64,000 nt of DNA, taken from positions 136,958,001 to 137,022,000 of the forward strand of contig OX597818.1 in NCBI GenBank assembly GCA_951406725.2, read 5' to 3'. The DNA comes from Octopus vulgaris (lineage: Eukaryota). The notes under the pieces are model-generated. The model worked only from the letters and a program-made list of their open reading frames with translations, was not told the origin of the DNA and made no database searches. Of the stretch, positions 56,830-64,000 are shown in pieces. Each line of letters starts with the position of its first letter. The stretch's first letter is position 1. Position numbers and translations under genes: made by a program.

Positions 56830-57121
56830 ATATATGCAAATATATGGGAAACTACCACCTGTGTCATCTCTTGTGAAAGGTAGGAGAGTCCAGTTTGCTG
56901 GACATTGTTGTAGAGCTGAAAAAGAAGTAATTTCTACTCTTCTCCTCTGGAAGCCATCTACTCGCAATACCAGAGGGCGCACACTCTCCTACCCTGATGT
57001 AATCTCCAGGGATACAGGCATCCAGCAACAGGACCTCCGTAATGCCATGATGGACCGTGAAGTCTGGCGTAGCATGGTAAATTCCATTGTCTCGACCACG
57101 GTCGAACAATGATGAATGATG
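56830..57121 (+). mobile_element. RTE-group LINE 3' fragment
   Basis: RRVQFAGHC..LLLWKP..RGR..AMMDREVWR; (ATG)n-like tail; TSD ATCGAATTTCAA at 56818-56829 and 57122-57133. Confidence 0.8.
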
Positions 57122-57912
57122 ATCGAATTTCAACAGCTGCTGTGGAAATACCACCAAAATATCAGAAAAGAAATATCTTAGCTTTTAAAAACGACGGAGA
57201 CTTACTGTAAGGCAATTACAGACTCAGAGGTCAACGCCGTCCAGAGTCAATAGATCCCGGATCAGATGCAAACTGGATTTTCGGTTATCAATCTGATCGG
57301 TCGTTGTGCCAAATGCTTGCTTTCTTCCACTATTTAAGGGTGTTGGTGCTGCAATGAAGCTATTCAACAGAAGTGATCTAGTTGCACTGACTGACCATAT
57401 ATGGAGTGTCTCTTTAAGCTAATGGGAGCTCAGTACCAGCTGTTCAGTTCCAGTAATACTGAACTTAAGCATCTGGAGCGGCCTTGATATAGGTTTGCTT
57501 AGATAAAAAAAAACAACAAAAAAAAACAGAAGCAATACTCCTACCCATCCCACCGCCGCCACCGCCACCGCCATCATCGTCGTCGTCGTCGGTGTCATCA
57601 TCATCATCATCACCATCATCATCATCGCCATCATCATCCCCACCACTACCATCACCATCGTCACCATCAGCGGAAAAAAAGAAAGAAACAAACCATCAAC
57701 GGCAGCACCAATAACAACAGCATCATCATCGTCGTCGTCATCAGATTATCACTGTCATGATGATGATGATGATGATGAACAACATCAATACGGATAATAA
57801 AACAATTAAATGTTTTGAGACTAATTAATGGAGCTCGCACTTAATACGCCGCACCGACCACGGCAAACACCGCCACGACGACGGCCACCACCTCCATCAC
57901 CACACCCATCAT

Positions 57913-58022
<110 letters not shown>

Positions 58023-58031
58023 TTGCTGCTG

Positions 58032-58091
<60 letters not shown>

Positions 58092-58217
58092 AGCGAGTAC
58101 CTAAGCGAGATTTACTTAATTAAAATCCCAGCGAAGGAGCGATAAAAATTACTTTGAAATATTTTATTGTTCCTTAGACAATTTAATTTTATTTCTAAAA
58201 TAAAAATTAAAATAATC

Positions 58218-58254
<37 letters not shown>

Positions 58255-59193
58255 TAATAATAATAGTAACCATGATGATGATGGAAATTTTTATTTATTT
58301 TCCCTTCATTTCTTTTTTTAATTTCTACAAAGTTTACCATAAAATGAAATCCTGACTTTGTTTTCTTTTAGGAACAAAGATAAGAAAGAAAAATGGGGAA
58401 AAACATAATTAAAAGAATAAATAGATAAAATGACAAATAAATGAATAACATAAATAAGTAAAATAAAAAAAAATGTACAACGTTTGAAGTTGTTATGTTG
58501 TTGATGTTGCTGTTAATGTCAGCTGCTTTTCATGTTTTTGTTTAAACATCCAATACATGTGAATCTGCTTGGCTGTTATATATTTATACCGAAGGATCAT
58601 ATACAACAACAATAACACCACCACCACCACCATCTACAACAACAGCAACAAAAACAATAACAACAACAATAGGACTACTAAACCAACAGCAGTAATAATA
58701 ACAGTTTCATCGACAGTAATAACCACAGCAATAACACCAGCAACGACCTACAACAAAAACAACAGCTGCAATAATTGCAACTGTAGCAGCAACAGCAAAA
58801 AAACAACATCGATATCAGTAAATGATGCCTTACATTCTTCTTCTTCTTCTTCTTCTTCTTCTTCTTCTTCTTCTTCTTCTTCTTTTTCTTCTTTTTCTTC
58901 TTCTTCTTCTTCTTCTTCTTCTTCTTCTTCTTCTTCTTCTTCTTCTTTTTCTTCTTCTTCTTCTTTTTTCTTCTTCTTCTTCTTCTTCTTTTCTTCTTCT
59001 TCTTCTTCTTCTTCTTCTTCTTCTTCTTCTTCTCCTTCTTCTTCTTCTTCTTCTTCTTCTTCTTCGTTTTCTTCTTCTTCTTCTTCACCTTCTTCTTCAC
59101 CTTCTTCACCTTCTTCCTCACCTTCTTCTTCACCTTCTTCACCTTTTTCTTCACCTTCTTCTTCTTCTTCTTCTTCTTCTTCTTCTTCTTCTT

Positions 59194-59226
<33 letters not shown>

Positions 59227-59242
59227 GTTGTTGTTGTTGTTG

Positions 59243-59330
<88 letters not shown>

Positions 59331-59334
<4 letters not shown>

Positions 59335-59448
59335 TAGTTTTATTTTTATAGCGTGCTTTCACTTCACTACCGAGCGCAGCTCTGTGTGCCTTGGGTATGT
59401 GCTATGATTTGTTGTGATGCTCTGATGGTTACTGTATGGAAAGTGTTC
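59331..59448 (-). mobile_element. 3' end of the same R4/Dong-like family as 21166-22536
   Basis: Near-identical 3' UTR with the same junction to (TTA)n. Confidence 0.85.
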
Positions 59449-59477
59449 TTCTTCTTCTTCTTCTTCTTCTTCTTCTT

Positions 59478-59576
<99 letters not shown>

Positions 59577-59747
59577 TTCATTAGCATCTTTCACTTCTGT
59601 TTCCATTACTTGTCGAGTGTCTTCCCGACACCTATGGCAGAGAAACGTACTGTATACATTGGTAGTCCATTGAAACAAACAGATTGTCCACTTACGGATG
59701 ATCCGGTCTGTATATACTGGGAAGTCCCAAAAAATAGTTACATTTTC

Positions 59748-59798
<51 letters not shown>

Positions 59799-60250
59799 GA
59801 GTGAGAGAGCAGTTCATGCCAAAAGTGACAGAGAAAAAAATAGAAAAGTAAACAAATAAAATAAAGGGGAGGAGGGCAAAAGAAAGAAAATTCACAGCGA
59901 CAATGCTCTTCTCAGTATGCGTGACGTACCAGTTAACACAATCTTTAGCACTTCCTGCATGGATGGTAAGCCAGGGATCATTCTAAATATTTTCGGTTCC
60001 TTTTTTGATCATCCGAAGTGCTCCTATAATCACTGGTATTGTAACCGTCTTGAGATGCCACATCTTTTCGATTTCGATTAGCAAATCTTTATATTTTCTG
60101 AGCTTATCAAATTCTTTTGCCGAAATATTATGGTCTCAGGGTATGCTCATGTCAATCAATAAACAGACTTTATTGCTTTTGTCTTTCACAAGAACATCTG
60201 GTTTATTTGCCTTGATGATCCGGTCTGTACATACTTGGAAGTCCCAAAGA
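59799..60250 (-). mobile_element. R4/Dong-like endonuclease fragment in (TAA)n
   Basis: DRIIKANKPDVLV..LIDMSIP..KYKDL.IEIEKMW..PVIIGAL; a related piece lies at ~59577-59735. Confidence 0.75.
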
Positions 60251-60265
60251 ATTATTATTATTTTC

Positions 60266-60347
<82 letters not shown>

Positions 60348-60449
60348 GGTTATTATCCTTTTTATCTCGGGATTATTATGGATTATTATTATTAGTCCGG
60401 CTTATTATTATTTCATGTCCTGATACATTTCCTGCTGTGGCTGTGTAGT

Positions 60450-61078
<629 letters not shown>

Positions 61079-61079
61079 T

Positions 61080-61800
61080 GCACAACTTCTAATGCTGGAG
61101 ATGTACTACGATGTCAGCTTTTCACTACCAGTGCACTGAGGTAACACTTCATATTTTTCGAGCACATTCCGGAGTATTCGAGCAGTTCCAAGCAGTGCTG
61201 CTTTCTGCAAATGCTCCACCCTTATTCCAGACCCTATTTGTTCCACGTACTTCTCGAGATTTTTGTTCACTGTCCCCAGGGCTCCGACAATTATTGGTAC
61301 TACTGCTACCTTTTTCATCGACCACAACTGCTTAACTTCCCAAGCTAACCTGTCATATCTCTCGACTTTTCTTTCTTCCTTATCGCATACCTTGTTGTCA
61401 GCTGGGCATGCTATATCTATGCTCCAGTATAGTTTGTTTTCTTTCTCAATTAAGACTATGTCTCGTTTCCTAGTCTCTTTCTCATGGTCGCACTGAATCA
61501 TAAAATCCCATAGGATCTTTGAATTTCTATCTTCGACGATGCCTTCAGGTTTGTGGTCGTACCAATTTTTTACTCTGTCAAGTCCATACTTGTTGCAAAT
61601 TGTCCAATGGACAAGCCTGGCTATATTGTTGTGGCGTCTCTTATATTCCTTCTGGGCTAGTGGCGTACATTGGTTTCACCGTTTTGTCCACAGATTCTAC
61701 ACCTATCACTTTCTGTTGTGTTGTCTATTCTGTATTTTATGTAGTTTGTTCTTAGTGCTTGTTCATGGGCAGCTCAGATTAGAGCCTCCGTTTTCGTTTC
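61080..61800 (-). mobile_element. R4/Dong-like LINE 3' fragment ending in (TAA)n
   Basis: EQALRTNY, CRICG, ILWDF, DIVLI..IDIACP, PIIVGALG, LQKAALLGTARILR. Confidence 0.85.
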
Positions 61801-64000
61801 GTACTGGGGTCAATTTGTTTGACTACCCTTCAAGGCAGTGCCCCAGTATGGCCACAGTTTAATGACTGAAACAAGTAAAAGTAAAAAATAAAGATTAGGA
61901 ATAGCTGTTTGGTAAGAGGCTTGCTTCCCAACCACATGGTTCCGTGTTCAGTTCCACTGTGTGGCACCTTAGGCAAGTGTCTTCTACTTTAGCTTTGGGC
62001 GGACCAAAGCTTTGTGAGTGGATTTGGTAGACGGAAACTGAAAGAAGCCCGTCGTATATATGTATGTGTGTTTGTTCCTCCCCCGTCACTTGACAACAGA
62101 TTTTAGTGTTTACGTTCCCGTAATTAGCGGTTCGGCAAAAGAGTAGGTATACGGAAACTGAAAGAAGCATCCCCCATTGTTTGACAACTGGTTTTAGTGT
62201 ATTTAGGTCCGCGTAACTTCGGCAAAAGTGTAGGGCCGAATAAATATCAGGCTTAAAAGGGAAGTACTTGGGTCCATTCATTTGACAAAAAATTCAAAGT
62301 GGTGCCTCACTGAAAGATGTAAAAGCTGAAAATATTATGACAGAACATGCACAAAGAGAATAATGTTTTAAAGAAATTGCGGCGTTGAAAACCAACGTTT
62401 ATATATTTCTTTTTGAATTGACTAAATAAAAGACTTAAGGAATATTTCAGAAAGTTTTGATGCGGAGACTGCTTAAACATGCAGTCGTGTGGAATAAAGA
62501 AGGTTTTAAAAATACCACCTCAGAAAAGATCTCTGTCATTGTGAATCAATGAAACGAGTAGCGTAGTTTCTACATGAGTAGTTTTATTTGTTCAGATAAA
62601 ACCAGATGAATTTCTTTCAAAGATTCTCTCCAAAGATTTGAATGTTGGCCAAACAAAACTTACTTTGAATGAAAACGAGATGAAGTAAATAATTTTTCAA
62701 TAAAATTTCTGAATTTTTAGTTAATAGCTTTTTGTTACGGAGATTGATTTTCTCAAGTTATAAATGAACTGGAATATTTAAATGATGTCTATGAGAGAGG
62801 CATGAATATCACCTAAACTCCTCCATGTGTTATTATAACAACTTGCTCTCATTTTCTGTTGTTCTTTTTTTGGTGTTCTCTCTTTCGTTTCAAAGGAAAG
62901 AGTAGAAAAAAGAGAGAGAGAAATAGAAAGAAAGAGAAAGAACGAGAAAGAGAGAGAGAGAAAGAAAGAGAAAGAAAGAGAGAGAGAGAAAGAGAAAGAA
63001 AGAAAGAGAGAGAGAGAGAAAGAGAAAGAAAAAGAGAGAGAGAGAAAGAGAAAGAAAGAGAGAGAGAGAGAAAGAGAAAGAGAGAAAGAGAAAGAGAGAA
63101 AGAGAAAGAAAGAGAGAGAATAATAATTTAGTAAATAAGTAAAAAATAAAAGGGGAGAAAGAGTACGGAGATGAAAGAAATGAAATAAAAGAGGAGAGGT
63201 AGAGATAATAGACAGAAAGAAAAGAAAAAAAACAACGAGAAGTGGGAAGGAAAGAAAAGAAAGAGTAAAGAAGGATGATAGAAAAGAAAGTGAGACAGAC
63301 AGAGAAGAAAAGAAATAACAAAATGGATAAATGAAAAGGAAGAAAAGAGGAGCAGCGGAAAAAAAAGAATAAGTAAAAAAGACAGGAAGTTAGGGGAGGG
63401 AAGAGGAAGAAACTAATGGCTGCAAAGAGCGAAAGAAAACGAGCGAAAATAAAAAAAAAGTGTGGGTCGTGGGTGGAAACTGGGTTTTGCGTACATTCTG
63501 GCCATTTCCTTAAAATTTGATTTACACTTCCTAGGATCTCTTTTATTCAATTTTATTTTATTTTTATTAAATAATCCTTACATTTAAAGTTTATTGCTCT
63601 TTTATAGAAAAGAACGGATGACATTAATTGAAGCGACGCGTGTTGCTCTTTGCTTGCGCTTTCATATACTGTTTAAGGTTTTCGTTTCATATTCTCTACT
63701 GTTTTATTTTACACGAGAACCGTTGATTGATACTTAAGACACGCCTATTTTACAGACTTCAAACATTGCTTATCATTCTACAAACAAACGCATATGCATA
63801 TCTACGAATGTATACGCTGATGTATGTATGCAGTAATATACATACACACATAAATCTATGCACACACACACACATACATATAGATGCATATATTGACACA
63901 CATTTTCACAACAATATTTAAAATATGCATCAATAACTCTTTTTACTCTTTTACTCTTTTACTTGTTTCAGTAATTTGACTGCGGCCATGCTGGAGCACC

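Noticed and set aside
58569-59351. Poly-S/K/L ORFs
   Set aside because: (TTC)n and (TTA)n microsatellites.

Overview
Eukaryotic, AT-rich, microsatellite-saturated genomic DNA. The repeat landscape resembles a coleoid cephalopod, probably Octopus (inference from recalled SINE families, not a database hit). Almost all ORF-track entries are microsatellite artefacts or transposon debris. The one probable host-gene piece is a first coding exon on the minus strand (5642-5705) of a crystallin J1/SelJ-like ADP-ribosylglycohydrolase-family gene. The rest is mobile DNA: a decayed Chapaev3-like (CMC) transposase, Tc1/mariner and Merlin-like MITEs with TIRs/TSDs, non-autonomous Helitrons, R4/Dong-like, Tx1-like, RTE and CR1 LINE fragments, and several tRNA-derived SINE families. 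Most notable: (i) a tRNA-headed SINE-like element whose tail carries a minimal Penelope-type hammerhead ribozyme, with an inverted second tail copy at its 5' end, plus three more hammerhead-like motifs; (ii) a SINE present as head-plus-tandem multimers bounded by single TSDs; (iii) a Tx1-like LINE sitting twice in (TATC)n and R4-like LINEs in (TAA)n or (CATA)n; (iv) an adjacent tRNA-Glu/tRNA-Asp relic; (v) a cluster of fold-back inversions at 49-52 kb.
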